From Guillardia theta CCMP2712 (Eukaryota > Protista > Cryptophyta), in NCBI RefSeq assembly GCF_000315625.1, contig NW_005434595.1, forward strand, positions 297,826 through 361,825: 64,000 nucleotides of DNA. Direction: 5' to 3'. The position numbers and the translations under genes were made by a program. Shown piece after piece: positions 14,001 through 24,203 of this stretch. A model generated the notes under the pieces. The model did no database searches. It saw nothing but the letters and a program-made list of their open reading frames with translations, and was not told the origin of the DNA. The first letter of the stretch is position 1, and each line of letters starts with the position of its first letter.

Positions 14001-14959
14001 CTCTCACTCCCCTCCTCTTCTCCTGCATCTCCTTCCTCTACATCGGCTCATACCTGAAATAAACCGGCGAAGCAGAAGATGAGGCTGATGGAAGTGAGGA
14101 TGATGGTGTAGACCGCACGTGACACTTCAGCTTGTCCTGTGCTGGGCTTGTTTCTGTTGATCAGACTGATAAAGAAAATCAAGAGAAAATCCAAAGACAA
14201 CAACAAGCCCAACGCCAATTCATAGAGATAGCGGAGAGAGAGGAGGGGGGGGCGGGGGAAGAAGGGAGAGAGGGAGGGAGGGAGAGAGGGAGGGAGGGAG
14301 GGAGGGAGGGAGGGAGGGAGGGACGACCCATGTAGAGAGCATAAGAGACGAGCGACACTTTCGTACTTGAGCAGCTTGAGGATCTTCAAAACTCTGATGA
14401 CTCGAAGGAAATTCAACTTTGAGATCCGATTAATGTCATTCTTGGTGTAGCCCGAAGTCGCCGCGTTTGACGAGAATGTGATAAGGGGTGGGATGATAGT
14501 GATGAGATCTACGACGTTGGTGAACGAACGGACGAACACAAATCTTGATTCTGCCGCATAGAATCGAATCGCGTAATCTAATAAAAGAAGATCAGCATGG
14601 CGGGTTGTGATAAGGTTTGCCTCACCTAACAAGAAGAAGAAAGTAATGTACACCTCAGCTATCGACAAAGAACTCAAAATTTTGATTTTAGCATCTGTCA
14701 GCTCTCCTTGCCAAGGATCGTAATACGTCTGCACGATGTAGAGACAGACAGACACCAGGCTGAGAAAGCAATTGACCATCTCGAAGACAAGAGCGTAGGT
14801 TGAAACCTGCAACGACAAGAAGGTGAATGAAACCGATCGCTGAACTTGTTAGTAACTTACATGAAGCCAGTGGTTAAAATCTTTCCTGACCCTTGCAGCC
14901 ACCTGGTTCTTGTCTTTGATGAACCTGATCAGCTTCTCTGTGTAGGTATTGGTAGGCAT
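10458..14959 (-). CDS. Slo/BK-family (KCNMA-like) 6TM K+ channel with tandem RCK domains and a C-terminal C2 domain
   Basis: S1-S4 in 14048-14818 (S4 LNFLRVIRVLKILKLLK). Pore exon FHDSVYFTIITVSTVGYG|DYYP at about 13620-13780. RCK1: HVLLCG...FLQEFFHED, YLEGSVL, GKNCLCPGFTTFICNL. RCK2: HVLICG, FVQGSPLEPADL, CELVNSSNISFL, PLFASG. C2: FLEIVVVRARNL...SPYWNQRMSFAV. Start inferred at ATG 14959 (MPTNTYTEKL). Confidence 0.9.
10968..11019. repeat. (CTCCTG)n hexamer repeat encoding a Gly-Ala tract in the channel C-terminus
   Basis: Read directly; translates to AGAGAGAGAG on the minus strand. Confidence 0.9.
14270..14323. repeat. (GGGA)n intronic microsatellite
   Basis: Read directly, in a purine-rich intron of the K+ channel gene. 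Confidence 0.85.
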
Positions 14960-15821
14960 CGCTCGTCAGTGAATCCTTTGAGTCCAGACGTGATAGTTCG
15001 TTGCAGGAAAATTGTTCTTATTCACCTCATGTTCTGTTTACAACCATCGTCCTTGAGTCTTCCATGGTTTTCTGCATCCCGTCGGTGCCACCGCTGCTAC
15101 CTTGAAAGCTTCACAAAGTGGCCTCGCACCTTGCATCAGACCATCTGGCAATGATGGAGCTGTACAAGCAAGAGATAAGTGACAAGTGATAAGTGAATTC
15201 ATGATAATGAAGTTTTCAGTGTATTCTCTGTCTTTGTTACTTTCTGACTCGGACACAAGCACTGATTCAACACTGTGCTGCTCTTCCACTACCACTTTCT
15301 CTCCCCTCTCCCTGTCGTCATCGTATCCGTCTCCATTGTACATCCTCAGCTCTGTCATATGCCGCTCCATCAAGGCACCCCCCCGATACTCCCCCATGAG
15401 AATATCCAATACTGTACTATCCCGGCACTCACCCTACCCATGGCGATGAATTACACCCCACCCACCTAATGAAAGTAAAGTGTCAATTGACCCCTACCCC
15501 CAATGTCTCTGAGAAACTAACCCCCAATATGAGGGGACAAGACTACCTTACCCCACCATTGTTCGAGTCACCCTGTGTCGACTTTCAGAAAATATAAAAA
15601 GTTTTTTATTTGTACTATAAGATCTCTGTCGGTACAATCATTGCCGGGATGTGTACTGCGATTATAATTATATACTTTCCACATTATGGTACAAAAGGAA
15701 AAAAGAGTCAACATTTCTTGACTGAATTATTCCGAGGTCAGTCACGCAAGTTCAAAAGCCCCGGGCCGGCGCCGCCACAGGCCCAGGATACTGAGGCTGC
15801 AGCGCGGCCGCGTGGCGTGCT

Positions 15822-16015
15822 TTTTACTCAAAGTTAAGGCGTGCCAGGCGCGGCAGCCTGTACAACCTTTACTCAAAGTTAAGTTAAAAAGCAGTACGAG
15901 TCCTGCCGACTGCTGTCCCCCAAACTTAACGGATACCTTCACTTAACTGCACGCGCGGGACAATCCCCCCGCGGTCTGTCACAGTGACTCAGACTCGCCC
16001 GGCCGCCGGGCGTTC

Positions 16016-16046
<31 letters not shown>

Positions 16047-16130
16047 CGGGCGTGGCCGCCCGGCCGGCGGCCCGGCGGGCCGGGCCGAGTAGTATTTCAT
16101 CAGAGTCTTTACTCAAAGTTAAGTTAAAAA
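15822..16130. repeat. Direct repeats CTTTACTCAAAGTTAAGTTAAAAA (15867-15890, 16107-16130; partial copy 15823-15838) flanking a GC island with (GCG)n
   Basis: Two identical 24-mers 240 bp apart and a third 16-nt copy, read directly. Confidence 0.9.
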
Positions 16131-16509
16131 ATCCGAGACGGTGCCGGAACCTGGGCTACAGCAGCCTGTGAGTGTTCAATATGCGTGAAAGGGTGGGGTA
16201 GTGTGAAGTAACGGTAAGAAAGGGGGTGGGTAGGCGGTCTACAAGGGGTAGGGGTGAGGATGGGGTGGAATGATAAAAGGGGTGGTTTGGAGATGAAGAA
16301 ATGAGGAGTTGTGTGTTGGAAGCTCAACAAAGAGTAAGCAGCGCAGAGATGGGAGGTGTAGGCATAACAAACATGTGAGCGAACAACTAGGAGTAAAAGC
16401 AACCGCAGACTAGGTCGACGAAGTAAGAACAGGGTGATAGAGAGGAATCGAAGGTGGGGAAGGCGTCGTTGTGTTCAATGACATCCTGATAAAGTTAGGA
16501 ACAACAAGC

Positions 16510-17243
16510 ATGGCCGCAAGATCTATAGCACAGGCGATATTCGGGGGAAAGCAAGTGGATCCCAAGGAACAGGTATGAAAAACTGGGAAATCATGGTTAA
16601 GAGCCAACAATCTTGGCAGGTCAAACAATGGAGGCTCAAGATTAGGGGGGAGATGAGAACTTTACAGAGACAGTGTGACACAATCGAGCGGGAGGAGAAA
16701 AAAATCAAAGCAGAAATTAAGAAGGCGTGGAAAGAAAATCAACCAGCAGCAGCGAAAATGCTCGCCAAAGAAGTGATTCGAAGTCAGAAAGCGCGAGAAA
16801 GGATCTTGTTGGGCAAGGCAAACCTGAATTCGATGGATATGCAGCTGAATGGACAGTTGGCTTCCATGAGAGTTGTAGGGTCTATGGAGAAGAGTACAGA
16901 GCTGATGGCCTTGATGAACAATGCGGTTAAGCTACAAGAAGTTTCGCAGACGGTCAGAGAGCTTTCGCAGGAGATGGAACGAGCTGGGATCATAGAAGAA
17001 TGCATTAACGATAGTTTAGAAAGCCTGGAGCCCGAGGACCTCGAGGCCGAGTCGGAACTTGAAGTTCAGCGCGTCCTGGCTGAACTTGGAGTCGGTCAAA
17101 TGGATGCCGCACCTCACGCGCCTTCAGCGAAAGTCGGTGAGGTCGCACGTCCTGTCGAAGAAGTCTCCAACGAGGAACCGCTCGAGAGCGAAGGTGAGAC
17201 TGCCGACATGGAAGCAAGAATTGCTGCCCTGAGGGCAGCATAA
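16510..17243 (+). CDS. VPS24: ESCRT-III subunit CHMP3/VPS24 (Snf7 family)
   Basis: Exon 1 16510-16572 (MAARSIAQAIFGGKQVDPKEQ), intron 16573-16619, exon 2 VKQWRLKIRGEMRTL...AKMLAKEV...C-terminal MIM-like MEARIAALR. Confidence 0.9.
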
Positions 17244-17371
17244 GCATAGCAGAACGGATCTTGTCTGTTCGAAATAGATGAGTTTTCGAGTCTCAGTAGC
17301 TTTGTGCATCAAAAATTGAATTATGAATAAGTTTGAACAAGGTTTAGTTCGATTTGTGCCTCAGATATTTA

Positions 17372-17574
17372 CCAGGAAATCTACTGCAGTCAGATCTGCT
17401 CCTAGCTCAACCAGCCTTGAGATTGCATTGATGTGCCCTTCTCTGGCTGCATAATGAAGAGGGGTCCTCTTCCACATGTCCTGGTTAGCACCAGAGTTAC
17501 ATGCATGTCGTTGTGGCCTTCGCAAGAAGGATAAAAGCAGGCATAGCTAGAAGATTCATGCTTTTATGTTCACA
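17372..17574 (-). pseudogene. 203-bp duplicated fragment (part intron, part exon) of the ankyrin gene at 25217-25419
   Basis: Manual alignment shows 5 substitutions in 203 bp with no indels, same orientation. Confidence 0.9.
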
Positions 17575-17672
17575 CCGAGTCGTTGATATTTCAATGCTGT
17601 GTCCAAAATTAACTGTGAGACTTGGGGCGAATCTCGTTCTCCTGAATGTGCATTCATCACAGGCATGAGCTT

Positions 17673-19382
17673 TCAGCTATAATGGACAGGACTGACCTGG
17701 ACAGGATGTAGAAAGATCCTCTCTTCGGCTTGTTTAAAGCTATCTGGTCTGAAAGTAATGGTAAAAACGAAATCTATATCTGCATACAAGATCCTGATAT
17801 CCTTACCCGCGGGACCAGTCATATGATTGAGCATATGCAAAAAGAGTCCCATCACGATTGAAATCCACTGAAGAAATTGAGTTCTTCATTGATATATCAG
17901 AGGGGCTGCAAACTGTATGAATAATATTTTCAACCGGAAGTCGTTGAAATCCTTTAAGCCTCTGCTTCGCGTCCTGTTTTCGGCTGTCAGCTCAAGCGAA
18001 GAAAGAATGAAGACATGGATTCAAGAGAATGCTCGGCATCACCTTGTCCCAGAAATTGAAAGTTCCGTCAGAACCCGCTGAAATATGATATTGAGTCGTA
18101 TTTGGCACAATTTTACACTACTGTCCAACCTGTACAAAATGTTCCATACTTCTTGTGGAACACAATTGCATTGACGGCAAAAATGTCCTGTAATCGGATA
18201 ATGAGACAAACATATTCGAATTTCCCTACAGAAGACCTGTGTGGAAGAATCTCTATGGCACTTGAAGGCAAAATTCAGCTTGGTGTCATCGTCGTTGATG
18301 TGCTATTCGACAATTAGTTTTCGTCACATCACATAGATATTTTCTGGACAAATCTACTCCTTTATTTGACACACCTGAATGTGCACGCGTCCTTCGATTG
18401 AACCGATTGCATATCTAAAGAAATTCAGCTATTCACAAAATTTCAACTCTCCTTGGATGGACCCTCGATTGTCATTGAAAAGGGCAACAGTTCTTATCTG
18501 ATGTCGCAAGGGAGACTGCGAACGACGAATCAGGGCTGTTGGAATTTTTCACAATCTTTCATGGCTTGGACCTGATGAGACTTGACTGGAACAGAGAAAT
18601 TGCGCAGATCAAAGACGTGAATATTTCTATCAGCGCTGCGATAAGGTCAAGGATGACAACAGGCCAAATCGGACTCAAATACCAGGCGACGACAGCCAGA
18701 TTGCCGTTCACATCCATGGAGTAGACTCGCTCGTTCAAACCGATTGTTGCCACTGCATCTGTTCCCACTCGATTCACCTAGGATACTTTTAGACTCCGTG
18801 TTATGAATGCAAGCAACTTGTTCTATCCATACATCCCAATATTTCAAAGTCTTGTCCCAACTTCCCGTAACGACAAGATTTTGGTTTTGGATCCAATGAA
18901 CGCTTTTGATGGGCTACAATGTAGAAGACGTCAACACACATGTAAGTGAGCCGGAAGCATAGAATCACTTGATCATGTCTGGCAAACTCCGAGGCCCTAT
19001 TAGTGGAAATATCAAGAACTTTGCCTGTGTTGTCGATAGATCCAGTGAAAACGTGCGTGCTGTAAGAATGTAAAATTGTGATCGCACAGCGTCCGAAACG
19101 AGAACCTATCCGAGTTCCAGCATGCTGTCAAGACAGGAAGAAGATGAGCTCCCGATTGAAGGACTGAGCTGGAAATGATTTCTTTGCCTTTCCCAACTCA
19201 ATTAGATAACGAAAGGAGCACTCCTGCATTTTTGCAACTTTACCATTCCTGGAGTAGCCATATATAGAAATGCTGCAATCCCAAGAGGTTGCGAGAAGAA
19301 GATCCTTCACCGGGCCAGCACGGTCAGCCGGGACAAGCGATGATATGCCAACTTCACCTTGCTCGGCGCAAACTTCAGGCAC
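17673..19382 (-). CDS. RAE1: mRNA export factor RAE1/GLE2 (WD40), many short exons
   Basis: Exon peptides [61 protein letters not shown] and [19 protein letters not shown]. The last two favour RAE1 over BUB3. Ends approximate. Confidence 0.85.
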
Positions 19383-19757
19383 GAGACTGAATCACTTGGG
19401 GCGCCTTTGATCTGTCAATCACATGATGCAGTTAGCCCTTCCCCTCTCCCCCTCCTCTGCCTCTGCCTCCATGTTTCAGGACAACCTCATGATCGATAGA
19501 TGCTGCCATTCCCTGGCTTCGGCGCTGTTCGTCTTCGAATGGCTGAGGACTCACTGATACCACTCCCGCACCGGGTGACCCGACCGGGCCACTGCCATCG
19601 GCTCCCCGGGCCCGCTGAGCTAGTTTGTATACTCGGTGTTGCTATCACATGTTTGTGATCTATTTTCATGCTGGAGCTCATGAAGCATGAACAGGAGCGA
19701 TCGCAGAGCAGACAGACAGCGCGAAGGGTTTAGAGGTGGCGACTGAAGCATCTCACC

Positions 19758-20324
19758 ATGATCAGCCACAGATGTCTCCTTGGCTGCTTCCTGTTCTGTG
19801 TTGTGTGCTTGAGGACCACCCGTCAAGAGCAAATCCCTTCCCTTACTGCGAAAACGCTGCCACATGAAAGGAAGACGTCTGCTCTAGTTCACTTGATGAA
19901 CAAGAAATCTTCGTTTGCGAGAACTAGGAATGACTGGAATATGAAAAATGGTGAAGACGTAAACAGGGAGATTGAGAGGTACTCCAAGATTGCTGCCTCG
20001 GGATTCAATGCGTATGAAGAAGATAGAAAACATGAAAAGCATAGGATAACGGATAGGCATAAGCTACAGGAGGTTGATGCTAAGAAAGCAGCTAGGTATG
20101 TCTGCACTTCATCTACAGTGTGCACTGTGATTTATTCTGTTTTACCCGCAGTTCATTGCTTTCGCAATACAGAAAGATTGCTTCTGCGGGTATCTCGGTG
20201 CAAGGTTCTCAGATACAAACTTCAAGACCTGGGAAGCTCACCTCCATTGAGGTCTTGTCGCCTACTGGTATTGACAACTTTCTTTTCTCTCATGTTGAAT
20301 CTCCTGCAAGAGCCTTATAGCTGA
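19758..20324 (+). CDS. Hypothetical protein with predicted signal peptide
   Basis: MISHRCLLGCFLFCVVCL hydrophobic N-terminus; probable introns; no recognisable domain. Confidence 0.35.
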   Translation: MISHRCLLGCFLFCVVCLRTTRQEQIPSLTAKTLPHERKTSALVHLMNKKSSFARTRNDWNMKNGEDVNREIERYSKIAASGFNAYEEDRKHEKHRITDRHKLQEVDAKKAARYVCTSSTVCTVIYSVLPAVHCFRNTERLLLRVSRCKVLRYKLQDLGSSPPLRSCRLLVLTTFFSLMLNLLQEPYS

Positions 20325-20721
20325 GTGAGAGAAATATACAGGGCATTGGCGACCAGTGACAGTCAATCAGTTTGAACGTGGGCGAGTGTTGGTGCATTAC
20401 AAGGGGTTTGATCATTCGTATGATGAATGGATCAATGCAATGTCTCCGAGAATTCGCTTGCAGGTCAATCACATTTCTCAAGAGCTGTGTAATATGATGC
20501 GATAATTCAAATGTTGTCAGTCTTTGGGAAGTGAACAAGCGCACAGCGATCTGAGGTATCTGAATGTGTTTCCTTTATCATCTGATAATTAACAAGCAAT
20601 GTCAACGGAAGATCTGATCGCCATGGCCCTTCGCGAGAGCAAGGAAAGACTAGAGTGCGGGGTCGCATGGTTGAAACTCAGCTGGACCGCATGTCTCACG
20701 GTAAATACTTGAGCTTATTCG

Positions 20722-22141
20722 ATGAGCCTCGATCATATTTTCTCATTAGTTGAAACGAAATCGACGATGAGAACGAATGAGACTAATCCAGCAGTTGATC
20801 CTGAGTTTGTCAAGATATACAAAGATCTAAGGCTGGCTGCACGGGACGCAAAATCTCATGGGCTAACAGACATCGAAAATCAGATTGAGCTGGAAGAAGC
20901 GAAGCTCATTAAGTTATCAGAGCTACCAGGAAAACTGCCAACTTCAGTGATGGCGCAGCTTACTAAAGCTGTCAATGTCTTGCAACAACGACTTCGGCAT
21001 AGAGTGCAAGCATTGCGTGAAGGGAGCATTTCACGAACCAACCATCCTACTGCTCCAAAAATTACTCATCAGGTTGTGCTATCGAAAACGGATGCGAAAG
21101 CAAATGCTTTGAAACGAATGGTGATGAGGTTTTCGAAGGGAGCCATTGCTTTGGCTAGCAAGTCAAGATCAAAGATTCCAATGCACAAACAACTTGCATC
21201 GCGAATCGACAAAAGTGTATTGTCGCGCGAGAATGCTGTTGGATATACGCCCAAGATCTCAGAAGAATTTTCATCTTGTTTAATTCCTTCGATTCCTGCA
21301 ACGATGTCGCCCTCCTTTGCGAATAGAAAAGTGCTAAGCTTTGCTCTGATGAGCAAATATGGTATATCTTCAATAATTCTGAGGAAAGAACTGAATGTTG
21401 GATTCAGTTCCGAGCGATTCTCCGAAGATGCACCTGAAGGTTACAGGAACTGCTCTTGATGGAACTGCAGGAGATGATTATGGAGAAATCATTCTGGGAC
21501 TTGATCGAAGAGCCGATGGTGCTGCTTGGTACTATGACTCGCAAATCATCGTTTCTTCATCTCCATGGAGCATGGTAACCTCTAATGAGATTTTTAGTGG
21601 TTTGTCACAACGATCTTGTCAAGGTTGGATTTCTTGAGGACGAACCAGATATGCTGGTTTCTGACTGTCATGACCGTTTCTTGTCGGTTATCAACATGAA
21701 GCCATATACATACCAAACACAGCAACATGGAATGAAGGTAGAAACACAAATTCTTAGCTATACATTGATTGCCGGTTGCAGACTGTTGCATCGATAGTCT
21801 TGGATCATGGAGCGGACCCTCTGTTTGTTACACGTCACAAAACTTTCAACGTCGACGATGTACAACGTCCCGACAGTTCGTATTTCGTCTGGTCTCATCA
21901 AAATCAACCACTCGCGATCCTCCAGCAGTCCGGAAGTGACGACGGCTCAAAGTGGGTGATTCAGATATTGCAGGGATCACCGCTCGATTTCCGCGTCATC
22001 GGCCTCTTGGCTGCACAAATCGAAGCTGAAAAATTCTTTCTACATTCCACAAGTTTCTTCGAACTGGGGGTGATCATTTTTCATTTGCGCCACATAGTCG
22101 TTAGTAAGTCTTTTTCTTTTGGGAGCAGTCGGCGTTTGTGA
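20722..22141 (+). CDS. Hypothetical multi-exon protein, C-terminal part weakly Tubby_C/LURP/scramblase-like
   Basis: Chain of plus-strand ORFs (20722-21459, 21395-21637, 21585-21797, 21776-22141) separated by intron-like AT-rich gaps. The domain guess rests on beta-strand pattern only. Confidence 0.3.
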
Positions 22142-23265
22142 TTGCACTGAACGTCTTGTTGGTATGCTGTTGCATGCCGAGCCTCTTTCGGTGGTGTAAG
22201 GGCACTCAAAGTGCCTCAGCGGATAAGCAATCAGTGATGCATGGAAGTCTGATGGAAGCAAGTGAGCATCGAATGCAACATTTGTCGATCCCGGGGTTGC
22301 GCGGGGACTCTTTTCAAGAATACCAACAAGGTGAATCTTACAAGGATCATACGTTGACATGTAAATGTTGAACATACGTGGTATTTTAACACTGATGTTG
22401 CCAGACTCAAGCAAGGTCATTTCCGGCAATGTCCACGCAGACAGCAAAGCACTTTCAACGAGCTCACTGTTGCGGAATCATGCTGCAGGTTGAAGACTGT
22501 CATGTCGACTTACAAGTCGCATGATCTTGGTCCTGGAGAGAAGTGACACTTGGCAACTAGGTCCTGGGAAAGGCGATTGCAGTGTTGAGCCCGACGGCTA
22601 CCTTCCTCCACCTTCCATGCCAATTCAGGACCCGAACCGAGATGTCGTCGAGCAGGTGAAGCAAGCGTTGCAAGGGACATGGAGGGAAAGCGAACGATCA
22701 AGTCAGCGAGGTTGGTCCGTGTCGAGCTTCCGCGATCAATCGCGAGGATACGCCGACTTCAGAGGTGACTTTGCAGACCATTAGGGCAAGTCCTTGTTGT
22801 GACAAATTGACAGAGGAAAGCGTTACAATCGGCGTGTTGGAAAATATGCCGTCCCGCTCTTCGTGGAGGGACGATGATAAGGTTGACCAAGGACCTTGCC
22901 GTGGATTCTAATAAGTCTTGACAGGAGATTGCTCAAAAGCCGAAAAACCTAAGGGAATGGGCGAAGAAGTATGATCCTATTCAGCGACCGGGAAGCTAGC
23001 CTGAGAGAATATGAGACAACGTATGTTGTCATCCTATGTTGATACGAGAAGTTTTCTTGCGGGTGGGAATGGGGGCTGGTGTACAGAATGTTTGGGAAGC
23101 TATCCTTTATCTTTGTAAGCAATAACGATACTCAGCATTTCTTGTTTGCTGTCCAGAGCTGTTGTCCACTCGTTTACAATATGCTCAACCTGCAAGGTTT
23201 TAGGCTGTGAGGCATCATCCTGTCGTACCTTCAAGCATGTCCCGTTGTTTGCCTCCTTGAGTTGC

Positions 23266-24159
23266 TCACACGCGCTCTTGAATGCCGTGATGCCACTTTC
23301 CCTGCTGCTCGTTACAAGGCTTCACATCAACGCAACAATACCGCGATCGGAGGGGGGAGATGCTCAGAAAGAATGCTCCCTGTCCGCTCCTCCAGTCAAC
23401 CGCAACAGAGGACTGGTTGATGTCCGGGAGGAGAGAAAAGACGGTCTTAGCAAGAAACGGCATCGTCGCCTCCTCGTGCATAAGTTCTGAGCCAAGAATC
23501 ACATCAAACGGCGTGTTCACTTGCTCGCTTTCGTCTTCCCACCGTAAGATTTGAGCAGTGACAAAGTCCTCTTGCCGGAGCGATGCATCTCGAGCGCGGC
23601 GTCGTCTTATGAGAGGCAAGTTTCTTCGTACATTCTCTCGGAAATGTTCAATCAATTCTTCCCTCCTTTCTGTCATGCAGACATGGCTTGCGAAGAAGCA
23701 CGCTACCAAGGACGGGAGGCCGATACCTGCTCCAAGCTCGAGCACCCTCCTCCCTTTGATCGTCTCTGGGTTCGACAGCAGCAGGTTTGAAAGAGCTTCC
23801 GCGGACCCCCACACGTGAACACCTGAGAAGGAGATGTCTCCGCATCCACCTTGTCCTGTCCGTCCAAGTTCATGTCTTGATGCTCCTCGGGAGGCAGTGG
23901 ACAACTGAAGCACAAGCAGCGATTCCTCACTATGCGGCAAGGGGAAGCTAAACTGAAGGTAACGCTCGGCCCATGGCAGGTAGCCTCCAGACGCGTCCTG
24001 TTGAGCCCTTAGCTGTTCTTCTACCACTGCGAACTCTTCTTCCTCAGGTGTCATCGAAGCGGAAGAGGAGGGCGGGAAGGGCAGGGAAGGCTGAGCAGGA
24101 GGAGCATATTCGGTGATTTGCGGGGGTGGGGGTGGGGGTTGAGTGCGCGTGTATGACAT
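23266..24159 (-). CDS. Lysine methyltransferase of the METTL21/METTL23/EEF2KMT family (Methyltransf_16)
   Basis: GVHVWGSAEALS, RVLELGAGIGLPSL (SAM motif I), LRWED, FDVILGSELMH. The true 3' end is probably spliced further left. Confidence 0.8.
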   Translation of the reverse strand: MSYTRTQPPPPPPQITEYAPPAQPSLPFPPSSSASMTPEEEEFAVVEEQLRAQQDASGGYLPWAERYLQFSFPLPHSEESLLVLQLSTASRGASRHELGRTGQGGCGDISFSGVHVWGSAEALSNLLLSNPETIKGRRVLELGAGIGLPSLVACFFASHVCMTERREELIEHFRENVRRNLPLIRRRRARDASLRQEDFVTAQILRWEDESEQVNTPFDVILGSELMHEEATMPFLAKTVFSLLPDINQSSVAVDWRSGQGAFFLSISPLRSRYCCVDVKPCNEQQGKWHHGIQERV

Positions 24160-24203
24160 GAAACCATCATGAATGATCTTTGAAATTTCATTCTCCTCAA
24201 CCC

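Noticed and set aside
17673-19382. BUB3 assignment
   Set aside because: [11 protein letters not shown] and [12 protein letters not shown] fit RAE1 better.
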